The notes beneath the pieces are model-generated. The model searched no databases. It saw only the letters and a program-made list of their open reading frames with translations, and was not told the origin of the DNA. Of a stretch of 64,000 nt of DNA, positions 1 through 9,336 are shown in pieces. The position numbers and the translations under genes were made by a program. Positions within the stretch are counted from its first letter, which is position 1. Each line of letters starts with the position of its first letter. Source of the stretch: Deltaproteobacteria bacterium (GTDB lineage Bacteria; Desulfobacterota; Binatia; Binatales; Binataceae). The stretch lies in NCBI GenBank assembly GCA_021794015.1, contig JAJYRQ010000007.1, positions 9,755 through 73,754 of the forward strand, given 5' to 3'.

Positions 1-1084
1 AATCGCTGTAGCCATGGCGGGCGAGCCGCGCCTGCTCATCCTGGACGAACCCACCTCGGGTCTAAGCCTGGCCGAAAAGCCGGAAGTGCTGGTCCACCTG
101 CGCCGCCTGGCCGCCCGGGCGCATGCCACCATGGTGCTGGTCGAACACGACATGGATATCGTCTTCTCGCTGGCCTCGCGCATCGTCGTGATGCATCAGG
201 GCATGGTGCTGGCTGACGGCGCGCCCGAGGTGATTCGCGATGATGGCCGGGTGCGCGAGGTCTACCTGGGCGCAGCGCTCGAAGCGGCGCCGTCACAGCG
301 CCGGGAGCGCGCGCCAGGGCCCGCGCAAGCCCTGCTCACCGTGCGCGGCCTCGAGGCAGGCTACGGCCTGGGCCGCGTCGTTCAGGGCGTTTCGCTGACG
401 GTACACCGCGCCGAGGTCGTGGCGCTGCTCGGCCGCAACGGCGCCGGCAAGACTACCACGCTAAAAAGCATCATGGGGCTGGTCCGGCCCAGCGCGGGCG
501 AAGTCGAGCTGGCGGGGCGCCGGCTTACGGGGCTGGCCCCGCACCGGGTCGCGGCCGCGGGCATCGGCTACGCCCCCGAGGAACGGCGCATCTTTGCCGA
601 ACTCACGGTGCGCGACAATCTTGCCGTTGCCGACCAGCTCGCGCGCCGCAACCATCAACGCTCCAGGCCGCGCCTGTGGCCCATCGATCAGGTTTACGCG
701 CTTTTCCCCGACCTGGCGCGGCTGGCGCACCTGCGCGGCGATCAGTTGAGCGGCGGACAACAGAAGATGCTCGCCATCGGGCGCGCGCTCATGGGCAACC
801 CCGAGGTGCTCCTGCTCGATGAGGCTTCGGAGGGGCTGGCGCCGCCGGTGGTGCGGATGCTCGGCGAGGCCGTCGCCAGAATTCGCGCGCAAGGCGTGAG
901 CATCCTGATGGCCGAGCAGAATGCCGCCTTTGCCGGCACGGCCGCCGACCGGCTCTATATTCTGGAGAAGGGGCGGGTGCAATTCGAGGCCTCGAGCGCG
1001 GAGCTGGGCGCAAGCGCGGAAATCTTGCATCGCTACCTCGCCGTGGCCGGCGGCGAAGCTCGGGCGTCGGGCGCCACACCGTAG
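1..1084 (+). CDS. 5'-partial fused double ABC ATPase, LivG-like C-terminus joined in frame to a full LivF-like domain (branched-chain amino acid transporter type)
   Basis: The ORF is open to the window edge. It reads 'LLILDEPTSGLS' (Walker B), then '...VREVYLG' (LivG-type end), then with no stop 'LLTVRGLEAGYG...GRNGAGKTTTLK...LSGGQQKMLAIGRAL...LLLDEASEGLAP' (LivF-type). Confidence 0.6.
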   Translation, partial: IAVAMAGEPRLLILDEPTSGLSLAEKPEVLVHLRRLAARAHATMVLVEHDMDIVFSLASRIVVMHQGMVLADGAPEVIRDDGRVREVYLGAALEAAPSQRRERAPGPAQALLTVRGLEAGYGLGRVVQGVSLTVHRAEVVALLGRNGAGKTTTLKSIMGLVRPSAGEVELAGRRLTGLAPHRVAAAGIGYAPEERRIFAELTVRDNLAVADQLARRNHQRSRPRLWPIDQVYALFPDLARLAHLRGDQLSGGQQKMLAIGRALMGNPEVLLLDEASEGLAPPVVRMLGEAVARIRAQGVSILMAEQNAAFAGTAADRLYILEKGRVQFEASSAELGASAEILHRYLAVAGGEARASGATP

Positions 1085-1196
1085 ACCGGCGCGCGTTTCA
1101 GCCGGGCGCCGCGCCGTCTGCGCGGATGCGGGCCTGCGAGGCGCGCCGGGTCGCCCGTGCGCTTGGGCAGATGGACCGTTCAGCAGCGGTTGCGTG

Positions 1197-2438
1197 ATGT
1201 CGGGCAGTTTTCCCTACACCGAAGTTGCCACCAAGATAGCTGTCGCGCTCGGCGTGGGGTTGCTGGTCGGGCTGGAGCGCGAGTGGGCGCACAAGGAGGT
1301 CGGTGCGCGCACCTTTGCGATCACGGCGCTGCTCGGCACGCTGGCCGCGCTGCTCGGGGCCGCGCTGGTGCCGGTCGCCCTGGGCGGCATGTTCCTGTTG
1401 GTCGGCCTGCTCAATGCGCGTTCGCTGATGCGTGACGGCTCGCTCGAGATGACGACTTCGGCGGCGCTGCTCGCCACGCTGCTCATCGGGGTGCTGGTAG
1501 GCTGGGGTCACTACTTCACCGCGGTGATGGCGGCCATCCTGGTCGCGATGTTGCTTGCCTGGAAGGCGGAGCTGTCGCGGTTTGCGAGCGTGCTTTTGCC
1601 CGAGGAAATCCGCAGCGCGCTGCTGCTCGGGCTGCTGGCCTTTGTGATCTATCCGCTGCTGCCCGATCGTTTTGTCGATCCTTGGGGGTTGGTGAATCTC
1701 CACCGGGCCTGGATGGTCGTGGTGGCGATCGCTGGGTTGGGGTTCTTCAACTACGTAATGTTCCGGCTTTACGGCCCGAGCGGCGCCTACTATGCGGCGT
1801 TTCTTGGGGGTCTGGTGAACAGCACGGCGGCGGCGGCCGAGTTGTCGGGCAGCGTGGGCGGCGCGCGGCGCTGGCGCTCGCCGGCGCTTTCGGTGCTGGT
1901 GCTGACGCGCGAGGCGATGCTGGTGCGCAACCTGGTGGTGCTGGCGATTTTTGCGCCGGGCGCCGCGCTGCTGGCGCTTGCTCCGCTGGGCGCGATGGCG
2001 CTTGCGGCCGGCGCGTTTGTCTGGCTTGGCTGGGACCGCTCGGAGGCGGTGCGGCGCGAAATTCAGCTGGCCTCCCCGCTCTCGCTTGTGCGGGTGGCGA
2101 AGTTTGCCCTGCTGTTCGTGGGGCTGTCGGCGGCCGGCACGCTGGCCAAGCGCTACTTAAGCGAATTGGGGTTTCTCGGGGTGAGCTTGTTGGGCGGTCT
2201 GGTGAGCAGCGCCAGCAGCACGGCGACCGCAGCCGAGCTTTGCGCGGTGGGTAGGATTTCGCAAAAGAGCGCGGCAACCGCGGCGGTGCTGGCCTCCATC
2301 GGCAGCGTGCTGATGAACCTGCCGTTGGTTTACCAGCAGACGGGCCGGGGCGTGCTCATCCGCACGCTGGTCCTCGTTTCGGCCTTGATTATCGCGCTCG
2401 GTCTGGTGGTGCTGGCGGTGAGTGTGCGCCCGGCATAG
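1197..2438 (+). CDS. MgtC/SapB + DUF4010-type integral membrane protein
   Basis: ATG at 1197 follows the end of the upstream gene. The product is polytopic and hydrophobic, with 'YTEVATKIAVALGVGLLVGLEREW' typical of an MgtC-family N-terminus. The ORF-track start at 921 overlaps the ABC gene and is probably wrong. Confidence 0.45.
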   Translation: MSGSFPYTEVATKIAVALGVGLLVGLEREWAHKEVGARTFAITALLGTLAALLGAALVPVALGGMFLLVGLLNARSLMRDGSLEMTTSAALLATLLIGVLVGWGHYFTAVMAAILVAMLLAWKAELSRFASVLLPEEIRSALLLGLLAFVIYPLLPDRFVDPWGLVNLHRAWMVVVAIAGLGFFNYVMFRLYGPSGAYYAAFLGGLVNSTAAAAELSGSVGGARRWRSPALSVLVLTREAMLVRNLVVLAIFAPGAALLALAPLGAMALAAGAFVWLGWDRSEAVRREIQLASPLSLVRVAKFALLFVGLSAAGTLAKRYLSELGFLGVSLLGGLVSSASSTATAAELCAVGRISQKSAATAAVLASIGSVLMNLPLVYQQTGRGVLIRTLVLVSALIIALGLVVLAVSVRPA

Positions 2439-3618
2439 CGGCCGGGGAGCGGCGCTTTGGGGTTTGGTGGCGGGCAGCGAGCGGGGCGAAAGCGTGGCTT
2501 TGCGCCAAAAGGCGAGGCAACTGCTGGTTGTGGTGAGCGCGCGCCGGCGTATCTTCAAGACCGCGCTTGCGGCCGGCGGCTCCTGGTCGCTTGCCGGCTG
2601 GCTTTTGTCCGATGCGCGGCCTTACTTTGCCCCGCTGGCCGCGATCCTGGCGCTGCAAATCACCGTGGCCGAATCGCTGCGCGCCAGCGCCCAGCGCATC
2701 CTCGGCGTGGTGGTCGGCGTTGCCCTGGCGCTTTTCCTGGCGCGGCTTGCCGGCCTTAGCGGCTTGAGCGTCGCAGCCCTGGTCTTCGTTGCGCTTAGCG
2801 GGGCGGCGGCCTTGCGGATGCCGCCTGCCGCCGCCGTCCAAGTGGCGATAAGCGGGCTGCTGGTCGCCACGGTAGGCGCCGGAATACCGGGCTATGCCTG
2901 GCACCGGATAGTTGAGACCGTTATCGGCGCTGCCTTGGCGGTGGCGATCAACGCGGCCATAGCGCCGGCCGATCACCTCGACACGGTCGAGCAGGCGCTG
3001 GCCAGATTGGCCGCAGGACTGGGGCGCCTCTTCGAGGAGCTGGGAGGGCTGGTCGGTCCGGCCGAGAGCGGCGATAATGCCGCCGCGCTGCTGGCGCGCG
3101 CCCGGGCGCTCCACAGCCAGGAGGTGGCGGCGGTGCACGAGGCCCTGGCGCTGGCCGCGCAGGGCCTTAAATGGAATTACTTCGGCGCCTCCAAACAGCC
3201 CAGGCTGGCGCGCTGCAAACAGATATCCGAGACGCTCGAACGCGTGCTCATCATGCTGCGCGGCATCATCCGGACGCTCAGCGAGCGGGCCGACAGCGCA
3301 GGCCCCGCTTCGGCGTGCGAGGCGCTGCGCACAGGACCGCCGCGCTTGCGTGCGGCCGTGGTCGCGCTTATCGAGTCGTGCCGCGCCGCCCTGGCGGCGG
3401 TCGAGCAGCATCTTGCGGCGCCGGGATGCCCGCCGGGGTGCGCTTCGCTGGCGGCGGTTGGTACGGCACGGCTTGCCCTGAGCGGCGCGGTCGAGGCTGA
3501 GCCGCAGGCGTTGGGCCGCGCGCGGTGGATTTGGCTGGGCTCGGTGACGACCGACCTGCTGCGTATCGCCCGGGAGCTGGCTGAGGCCTTTCCCGCAAGT
3601 CCGGGGAATGAGGCCTAG
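2422..3618 (+). CDS. FUSC/aromatic-acid-exporter-like membrane protein (start uncertain)
   Basis: N-terminal TM block 'PLAAILALQITVAESLRASAQRILGVVVGVALALFLARL' followed by a long Ala/Leu-rich, predicted helical cytoplasmic tail. The real start may be a GTG/TTG downstream of 2422. Confidence 0.4.
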   Translation: MCARHSGRGAALWGLVAGSERGESVALRQKARQLLVVVSARRRIFKTALAAGGSWSLAGWLLSDARPYFAPLAAILALQITVAESLRASAQRILGVVVGVALALFLARLAGLSGLSVAALVFVALSGAAALRMPPAAAVQVAISGLLVATVGAGIPGYAWHRIVETVIGAALAVAINAAIAPADHLDTVEQALARLAAGLGRLFEELGGLVGPAESGDNAAALLARARALHSQEVAAVHEALALAAQGLKWNYFGASKQPRLARCKQISETLERVLIMLRGIIRTLSERADSAGPASACEALRTGPPRLRAAVVALIESCRAALAAVEQHLAAPGCPPGCASLAAVGTARLALSGAVEAEPQALGRARWIWLGSVTTDLLRIARELAEAFPASPGNEA

Positions 3619-4391
3619 AAGCGGTCTTTCAGCGCGCGTGCCAGCGCGAAGACGCTCACCGGGTCTTCGCCGAGCGCCGGCGCGCGCGCCTTCAAGGCGG
3701 CGCGCAGTTCGGCGCTGTCCGCGCGCAGAAAGGGGTTGGTGGCCTTTTCCTCGGCGATCGTCGAGGGAACGGTCCAGCGTCCCTCGGCGCGTGCGGTAAC
3801 GGCGCGCGCGTAGCGGGCGTTAAGCGCGGCGTTGTCGGGCTCCAGCGTGAGCGCGAACTTGAGATTGTTTACCGTGTACTCGTGGCCGCAGAAAACCCGG
3901 GTCGCCTCGGGCAGCGCCGCCAGCCGCTTAAGCGATGCGAGCATGGTTGCCGCGTCGCCCTCGAAGAGCCGGCCGCATCCACCGGCAAACAGCGTGTCGC
4001 CGGTGAAAACCGCGCCCAGCGCGGCAAGGTAATAGGCGACATGCCCGCGGGTGTGGCCTGGCACGGCGATCACGCGCGCCTCAAGTGAATCGAGCCTTAT
4101 CGTGTCGCCATCGCCGACGGGATGGGTCAGGGCGGGAATCCGACCGTTCTCAGCGTGCCCGCCATAAATTTCGATTCCCGGAACGGCTTGCGCAAGCGCC
4201 TGGTTGCCCCCCACGTGATCGCCATGCCAGTGGGTGCAGAGCGCGGCGGCCAGCTTGAGGCCGCGCTCGGCGGCGGCGCCGAGTACCTTGTCGGCTTCGG
4301 CGCAATCCACCGCCACGCATCGGCGCGCCGCTTGGTCAACGACGAGGTAGGCAAAGTTATCGCTAAGCTGCGGGACAATTACGACCGACAT
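3615..4391 (-). CDS. gloB: hydroxyacylglutathione hydrolase (glyoxalase II)
   Basis: MBL motif 'CTHWHGDHVGGN', 'VPGHTRGHVAYY' and the C-terminal 'TNPFLR' region typical of GloB; 258 aa. Confidence 0.85.
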   Translation of the reverse strand: MSVVIVPQLSDNFAYLVVDQAARRCVAVDCAEADKVLGAAAERGLKLAAALCTHWHGDHVGGNQALAQAVPGIEIYGGHAENGRIPALTHPVGDGDTIRLDSLEARVIAVPGHTRGHVAYYLAALGAVFTGDTLFAGGCGRLFEGDAATMLASLKRLAALPEATRVFCGHEYTVNNLKFALTLEPDNAALNARYARAVTARAEGRWTVPSTIAEEKATNPFLRADSAELRAALKARAPALGEDPVSVFALARALKDRF

Positions 4392-4526
4392 TGTGGCTTC
4401 CTCGCTTGCCGGCGCCTGCGCCGTTTCTGCGGCCGGCCTTGCGGCCCCTCAGCGTAAGCTAGCATACCCGTAGCCGAGGCCGCGCGGGTGTCGGCGGCCG
4501 AACAGGGGTTGCGGGGCGGCGCCGAT

Positions 4527-5405
4527 TCAGGCGAGGACGTTGACCAGGGAAATCTTGGCCGCGGCCGACGCCAGCGACACCAGAGCGTTGGCCTGCGTCG
4601 TCTCCTGGGAGGCCTGCAGCGAGGCCTGGGCGAGGTTGACGTCCACGAGCTGGCCGATCGAGTCGGTCAACGAAGTCGCTTGCGCCTGCGCGTTCTGGGA
4701 AAGCGTTTGCGCAAACTGGCTGGCGGCGCCTATGACGGCGCGGGTCTGGGCAAGCTGGTCGACCGCGGTATTGAGTTGCGCCAGGGTGGCGGAGACGGCT
4801 GAGGTGTTGCCGCTGGAGAGGGCGGTTGCGAGGCTTTGCAGGGTGCCGATTAGCCCCCCGGTTGCGTTGCCGAAGACGCTCTGGCCGTCGAAGGTAAGTT
4901 GCAGTTGCGCGCCGTTGCTGAGCGTAACCGAGTTGCCGGGGCCGCCGCCCGCATAGTTGCCGGCCGAGTCGAAAGGTGCGCTCAGGGTTCGGTCGCCGCC
5001 GAAGACGTAGACGCCGTTGTAGCTGAAGTTGGCGCTCGCCAGCACTTGGGTCAGGTCGTTTTGCACGCTGGCGGCAATGTCGGTCATCTGGGCTGCGGTC
5101 AGCGTGCCGTTGGCTCCTTCGTTGGCGCTGGCAATCGCGGAGTCGAGCGCGCTTGCCGCCTGGCTGAGGGCGCCGTCGGTCGCGTTGAGCTGGTTCTGCG
5201 CGTCGCTGGCCAGCGCGTTGTCGTTATTGATCGCCGAAACGGTCGTTTGCAGCTCGGCGGCGCCAGCGAAGGACGACGGGTTGTCCGACGGCTCGACGAC
5301 CTGTTTGCCGGTGGCCAATTGCCCTTCGGTCGTCTGCAGGGCCTGGTACGTGTTGGTAATCGAGTCGGCCAGGGAATTGAAAAATCCGATGTCGGAGACC
5401 GTCAT
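4527..5405 (-). CDS. flgL: flagellar hook-associated protein 3 FlgL
   Basis: Flagellin-like N- and C-terminal helices, Ser/Thr/Asn/Gln/Ala-rich, and the last gene after flgK. Confidence 0.8.
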   Translation of the reverse strand: MTVSDIGFFNSLADSITNTYQALQTTEGQLATGKQVVEPSDNPSSFAGAAELQTTVSAINNDNALASDAQNQLNATDGALSQAASALDSAIASANEGANGTLTAAQMTDIAASVQNDLTQVLASANFSYNGVYVFGGDRTLSAPFDSAGNYAGGGPGNSVTLSNGAQLQLTFDGQSVFGNATGGLIGTLQSLATALSSGNTSAVSATLAQLNTAVDQLAQTRAVIGAASQFAQTLSQNAQAQATSLTDSIGQLVDVNLAQASLQASQETTQANALVSLASAAAKISLVNVLA

Positions 5406-5418
5406 TGGCTAAACTCCG

Positions 5419-6786
5419 TTAGTAGGTAAGCTGCGTCAGCAGAAAGGAGAGCGAGTCGCTGGCCGCCTGGACGGCGCGGCCGGCCGCCTGGAGGGTCTGC
5501 TGGTACTGAATGAGCTCGGTGAGCTGTTGGTTGACCGAGACGCCGGTGATCGACCCCGCCAGCGTGTTGAGCGAGTCGAGCGAGGCCTGCGCCTGCTGCT
5601 GGCCGCTCTGGGCGTTGGCGATCTGCGAGCCGAAATTGCTGGCAATGTCGGCATAGGACTGGCTCGGCGTGCTGCTCGGAAAAGAGCTGTCGAGCCCGGT
5701 TGCGCCGGCCAGCGCCGCAATCGCGCTGGCGTTCGAGCCGTCGCCCGGCACGCCTGCGGCGGTTGAAGCGGCCGGCAGGTTCTGCACGGTGATTGCCGGG
5801 TTGAGCGCGATCGGGCCGTTGCCGCCGGGAATCAAAAACAGGTCGTTGCCGGTCGAGCCGTCCAGCCCGTAGCCGAGCGCGCTCTGGCTGTTGATCGCCG
5901 TTGCCACCGAAGCGGTGAAGTTGTCGACCGCGCTGCGCGTTGCCAGGATGTCGGAAGCGCCGGTAAAAAGGCCGCCGATCGTGCCGCCCAGCGAGGTGCT
6001 CGGCACCGGCACGGTGCCGTTGGCCAGCGAGACCTCGAGCCCAACGCCTACCGTGGGGCCGCCGATGGTCCCGGTAAGCGAAAGCGTAAGCGGCGTGGTT
6101 CCCGAGACTAGGGGCACACCCGCCACCGCAACGTTGCCGCTGGCGTCGCCGGTCGCGCCAATCAACCCGGCCAGTTGGCTGACCAGAGCGTTGCGCTGAT
6201 CGACCAGGGCCGCCGTGCTGCCGCCGTTGGACCCGGCGGCGGTAATCTGGGCGTTGAGCGTGGCGACCTGTTGACTGAGGCTGTTGACCTGTTGCACCAG
6301 CGGTGCGAGTTGGGTTAGCGCCGTGTCGGCCGTCTGGTTCAGGTTGCCGGAAAGCTGCTGGGCCAGGCTAGCGAACTGGCCCGCCGCGGCGATTACCGCC
6401 TGGCGCGTGGCCGGGTCGGTGGGTGAAGCGGAAAGGTTGCTGAAGGCGTTGAACAGATTCTGCAGGCTTTGTCCAAGATCGGTGCCTGAGCCGGGCTCCA
6501 GATAGACTTGTGCCGCCTGGGTCGTTTGCGTCAGCGCCGTGTTGAACGCCTGCACGCCGCTGAGCTGGTTGATATCGGCGGTAAGGAATGGCGCCTGCGC
6601 GGCTTGGGCGGTTCCGACCTCGACGCCGACGGAATTGCCCTGCGGGCCGGCCAGGGCGCTGAGCGGCACCGACTCGACCGCATAGTTGGGGTTGTCGGCG
6701 TTGCTGATGTTGGCTGCGGTAGTGGCGATCTCGGCCTGCGCCGCCTCGATTCCGCTAAGGCCTATTGCCAGAAGATTCACGCTCAT
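5419..6786 (-). CDS. flgK: flagellar hook-associated protein 1 FlgK
   Basis: N-terminal 'LLAIGLSGIEAAQAEIATTAANISNADNPNY' rod/hook motif and C-terminal '...LTELIQYQQTLQAAGRAVQAASDSLSFLL'. Confidence 0.85.
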   Translation of the reverse strand: MSVNLLAIGLSGIEAAQAEIATTAANISNADNPNYAVESVPLSALAGPQGNSVGVEVGTAQAAQAPFLTADINQLSGVQAFNTALTQTTQAAQVYLEPGSGTDLGQSLQNLFNAFSNLSASPTDPATRQAVIAAAGQFASLAQQLSGNLNQTADTALTQLAPLVQQVNSLSQQVATLNAQITAAGSNGGSTAALVDQRNALVSQLAGLIGATGDASGNVAVAGVPLVSGTTPLTLSLTGTIGGPTVGVGLEVSLANGTVPVPSTSLGGTIGGLFTGASDILATRSAVDNFTASVATAINSQSALGYGLDGSTGNDLFLIPGGNGPIALNPAITVQNLPAASTAAGVPGDGSNASAIAALAGATGLDSSFPSSTPSQSYADIASNFGSQIANAQSGQQQAQASLDSLNTLAGSITGVSVNQQLTELIQYQQTLQAAGRAVQAASDSLSFLLTQLTY

Positions 6787-7027
6787 CGCGTAATCCGCTC
6801 CTCAATAAGGCGATCCGCAGCGCGACCGCCTGTTGCAACCGGGCAATGGTCGTCGTCAGCGCGCCGAGCTCGCGTGCCAGGCGCGGGGCCTCGCGCGCCC
6901 GCTCGGCGGGGTCGGCAGTTTCGAGCGATGCCTTAAGCGCGGCAAGTTCCTCCGCCACGCTCGACAGTTCGACCTTGATGCCGAGCCGCGCCGCCATCAG
7001 GGCCGGCCTTATCTGCTCCAGGCTCAT
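6755..7027 (-). CDS. flgN: FlgN-like flagellar chaperone (small, putative)
   Basis: 90-aa helical protein between flgM and flgK that overlaps the flgK start. Called from position only, so confidence is low. Confidence 0.35.
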   Translation of the reverse strand: MSLEQIRPALMAARLGIKVELSSVAEELAALKASLETADPAERAREAPRLARELGALTTTIARLQQAVALRIALLRSGLRDERESSGNRP

Positions 7028-7362
7028 CGCGTGACGGGGCCCAGCGCCTTTGCCACTGCGGCGCCGACCGCCAGCGGGTCTGGCTGGTAGCTCCCGCTGT
7101 TAACTGCCTGTTTTATGGCGCCCACGACCGCAGGGCGAAAGGCCGGCACCGCCTTGAGCGCTTGGCTGAGCCGAGCGGCCATTTGCCCCTGCGACGAAAG
7201 CGTCGTCTGGTCGACGGGTGGCGCGCTTTCGGAAGGTCCGTTGCCGCCGGCTGGTTGCGCGGGCTGCGCGGCGGTCGCGGAGGCCGGCTTTTTGCTTGCG
7301 GCTGCCGGCACGGGGCGTAAGTCGAGCGGCAAATTATTGGCGCCGTTGATGGTGTTGGCCAT
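7024..7362 (-). CDS. flgM: anti-sigma-28 factor FlgM
   Basis: The C-terminal 'RPAVVGAIKQAVNSGSYQPDPLAVGAAVAKAL' matches the FlgM sigma-28-binding helix pattern (IK.AI..G.Y.VD...IA), and the N-terminal half is disordered. Confidence 0.6.
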   Translation of the reverse strand: MANTINGANNLPLDLRPVPAAASKKPASATAAQPAQPAGGNGPSESAPPVDQTTLSSQGQMAARLSQALKAVPAFRPAVVGAIKQAVNSGSYQPDPLAVGAAVAKALGPVTR

Positions 7363-7367
7363 TGGTT

Positions 7368-7904
7368 TTACTCCGTGGACCTGCCGGCGTGCGGGCGCGG
7401 CAGAAAGGCCGCCTGGCCGGACTGTGTCGGCGATGGCGGCAGCAGGCGCGGCCCGCGCCCGTTGGTTGGCATTGGCGGCTGAAGGCGCGCCGGCTTAAGC
7501 ATCGTCAGCCCCGGCTGCGCGCTGGCCAGCGGTTGCGCCAAGGCCGGCTTACTTCGGGCCGTCGCTCGGGGCCGGAGCGCCGGCCCATTGGTGTTGCGCA
7601 AGGCGCTTAAGCGTCCAATTTCCTTGCTGAGCATCGCATTGAGAGGTTTCATGGCGGAGGACTTGGCCAGGCTCTTGCCCAGTGCCTGGTCGAAAAGCGA
7701 GCCGTAGACGGCGCCCGCCGCGCTGTCACCCATTCCCAGGGCAGCGCCTGTGCTGCCGGTAGTCATCGACCGCCTGAGCTCCCTCGTCACGAGCGAAGTC
7801 AGTATCTGCGAGAAACCCTCTACTGCAATTTTCCGGCCGGGATGACGCTCGGCGCCGATGGCGAAAAGGCCCCGGGTGAAAGTCGGATTCGCAATTGACG
7901 GCAT
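7368..7904 (-). CDS. flgJ: rod-binding protein FlgJ (rod-binding domain only, no glucosaminidase domain)
   Basis: 'FSQILTSLVTRELRRSM...AVYGSLFDQALGKSLAK' is the Rod_binding signature. The C-terminal half is Pro/Ala-rich low complexity with no muramidase fold. Confidence 0.6.
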   Translation of the reverse strand: MPSIANPTFTRGLFAIGAERHPGRKIAVEGFSQILTSLVTRELRRSMTTGSTGAALGMGDSAAGAVYGSLFDQALGKSLAKSSAMKPLNAMLSKEIGRLSALRNTNGPALRPRATARSKPALAQPLASAQPGLTMLKPARLQPPMPTNGRGPRLLPPSPTQSGQAAFLPRPHAGRSTE

Positions 7905-7922
7905 GGATGCTCCCCTTTGCGC

Positions 7923-9197
7923 TTAACGAATGATTAACTGCCCGTGGAGCGCGCCGGCGGCGCGCAGACCTTCGAAAATCGCGATCACGTCGCCGGGCTC
8001 CGTCCCCACGGCATTGAGCGTGTCGGCGATCTGCTCGACGCTGGCGGCCTCGGGTGTCATGAAAAATTGGCCGCGATGCTGCTTGGCCCGGATGCGGCCG
8101 GTTTTCATCGCCACGGTAGTGCCGGCGCTGAGCGCTCCCGGCTGCGAGACGGTAAGCTGCGGCTGGATGGTGATCGTGAGGTTGCCGTGGGTGATGGCCG
8201 CCTTGCCGACGGTGACTTCGCCGCCGATAACTACGGTGCCGGTGCGCTCGTCGACCACGACGCGGTCGGACTCAACCGTCTCGACGGCCATCGTGTGCAG
8301 CTTGGCGGCAAAGGCCACCGGGGTCATCCAGGGTGGGAGATCGACGGTTAGCGTGCCCGGGTCGTCGACGCGGACCCGCGCGCTGGTCAGTTGCGTTCCG
8401 ATCTCCTGCGCCACGCGCATCACCAGCGTCGCATTGGGTTGGTCGAGGTCGAGTTGCAGTTGGCGCAGGTTGCTGAAGCTGCTGGCGACCTCGCGCTCGA
8501 CCGTAACGCCGTTGGGTATCTGACCGGCGGTCTGGAAATTCTTGCGTGCGGCGGCGCCGCCCATCGCTCCCGCAAAATACCCTTCGATGGTGATCGGTCC
8601 CTCGGCCAGCGCGTAGATTTTTCCGTCGGCGCCGCGCAGCGGAGTCATGATTAGCGTCCCGCCCTGCAGCGATCGGGCGTCGCCCATCGAGGAGACCAGC
8701 GCGTCGATGCGCGAGCCGCGCCGGGCAAAGGGCGGCAAGTCGGCGGTTACCATTACCGCGGCCAGGTTGCGCGTTTGGATGTCCAGCGGGTTGAGCGCCG
8801 AAGGCAGCGTCACGCCGGCGTGAGCGAGCAGGTTTATCAGGAGCTGAATCGAGAACATGGTTTCCTGCGTGTCGCCGGTATTCTGCAGCCCGGCGACCAT
8901 CCCCATACCCACCAGGTGATTCACCCGCAGGCCGTGAACGTGGACGAGCGTGGTCAGGGAGACCAGGCCGCTGCCGTTTCCGCGCCGGTAGCCGAGCATC
9001 GCGCCGCCGGGAGGCAACAGCCTGGGCGAGGGCGGCATTAGCTGGGGCAGGAGCATTGCCTGCGCGCCGGCCGGCTGCGCGTAAGCGGCGGGCGCCCGGC
9101 AGGCAAGCAGCGCCAGCACGACGGCGGCAAAGATCAGAGTGGCGGCCAGAGCCCCGACTTCGCGGTTGCGCTTTGCGAGAGAAGGCCGGCCGGGCAA
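7923..9197 (-). CDS. flgI: flagellar P-ring protein FlgI
   Basis: C-terminal 'GDVIAIFEGLRAAGALHGQLIIR' and an internal 'GGTLIMTPLRGADGKIYALAEGPI'. The proposed TTG start gives the signal peptide 'PGRPSLAKRNREVGALAATLIFAAVVLALLA'. The ORF-track start at 9284 is probably too far upstream. Confidence 0.8.
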   Translation of the reverse strand: MPGRPSLAKRNREVGALAATLIFAAVVLALLACRAPAAYAQPAGAQAMLLPQLMPPSPRLLPPGGAMLGYRRGNGSGLVSLTTLVHVHGLRVNHLVGMGMVAGLQNTGDTQETMFSIQLLINLLAHAGVTLPSALNPLDIQTRNLAAVMVTADLPPFARRGSRIDALVSSMGDARSLQGGTLIMTPLRGADGKIYALAEGPITIEGYFAGAMGGAAARKNFQTAGQIPNGVTVEREVASSFSNLRQLQLDLDQPNATLVMRVAQEIGTQLTSARVRVDDPGTLTVDLPPWMTPVAFAAKLHTMAVETVESDRVVVDERTGTVVIGGEVTVGKAAITHGNLTITIQPQLTVSQPGALSAGTTVAMKTGRIRAKQHRGQFFMTPEAASVEQIADTLNAVGTEPGDVIAIFEGLRAAGALHGQLIIR

Positions 9198-9336
9198 CGG
9201 TAGGCCGCGCGACCGGGCTCTTGCTCCGGGTAAGCGAGGGCTAAGCGGTACTTGTCTGCCGGTTGTTGTAGGGTGCACCCTCAATTTTCACTGCGCGCCT
9301 GTGCGCGCCGTCTCCGCAGTTTCTTTGCCATCGCCG

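Noticed and set aside
921-1196. N-terminal 92 aa of ORF 921..2438 overlapping the ABC ATPase gene
   Set aside because: The extension is Arg/Pro-rich and overlaps a clearly coding region on the same strand. The real start is the ATG at 1197.
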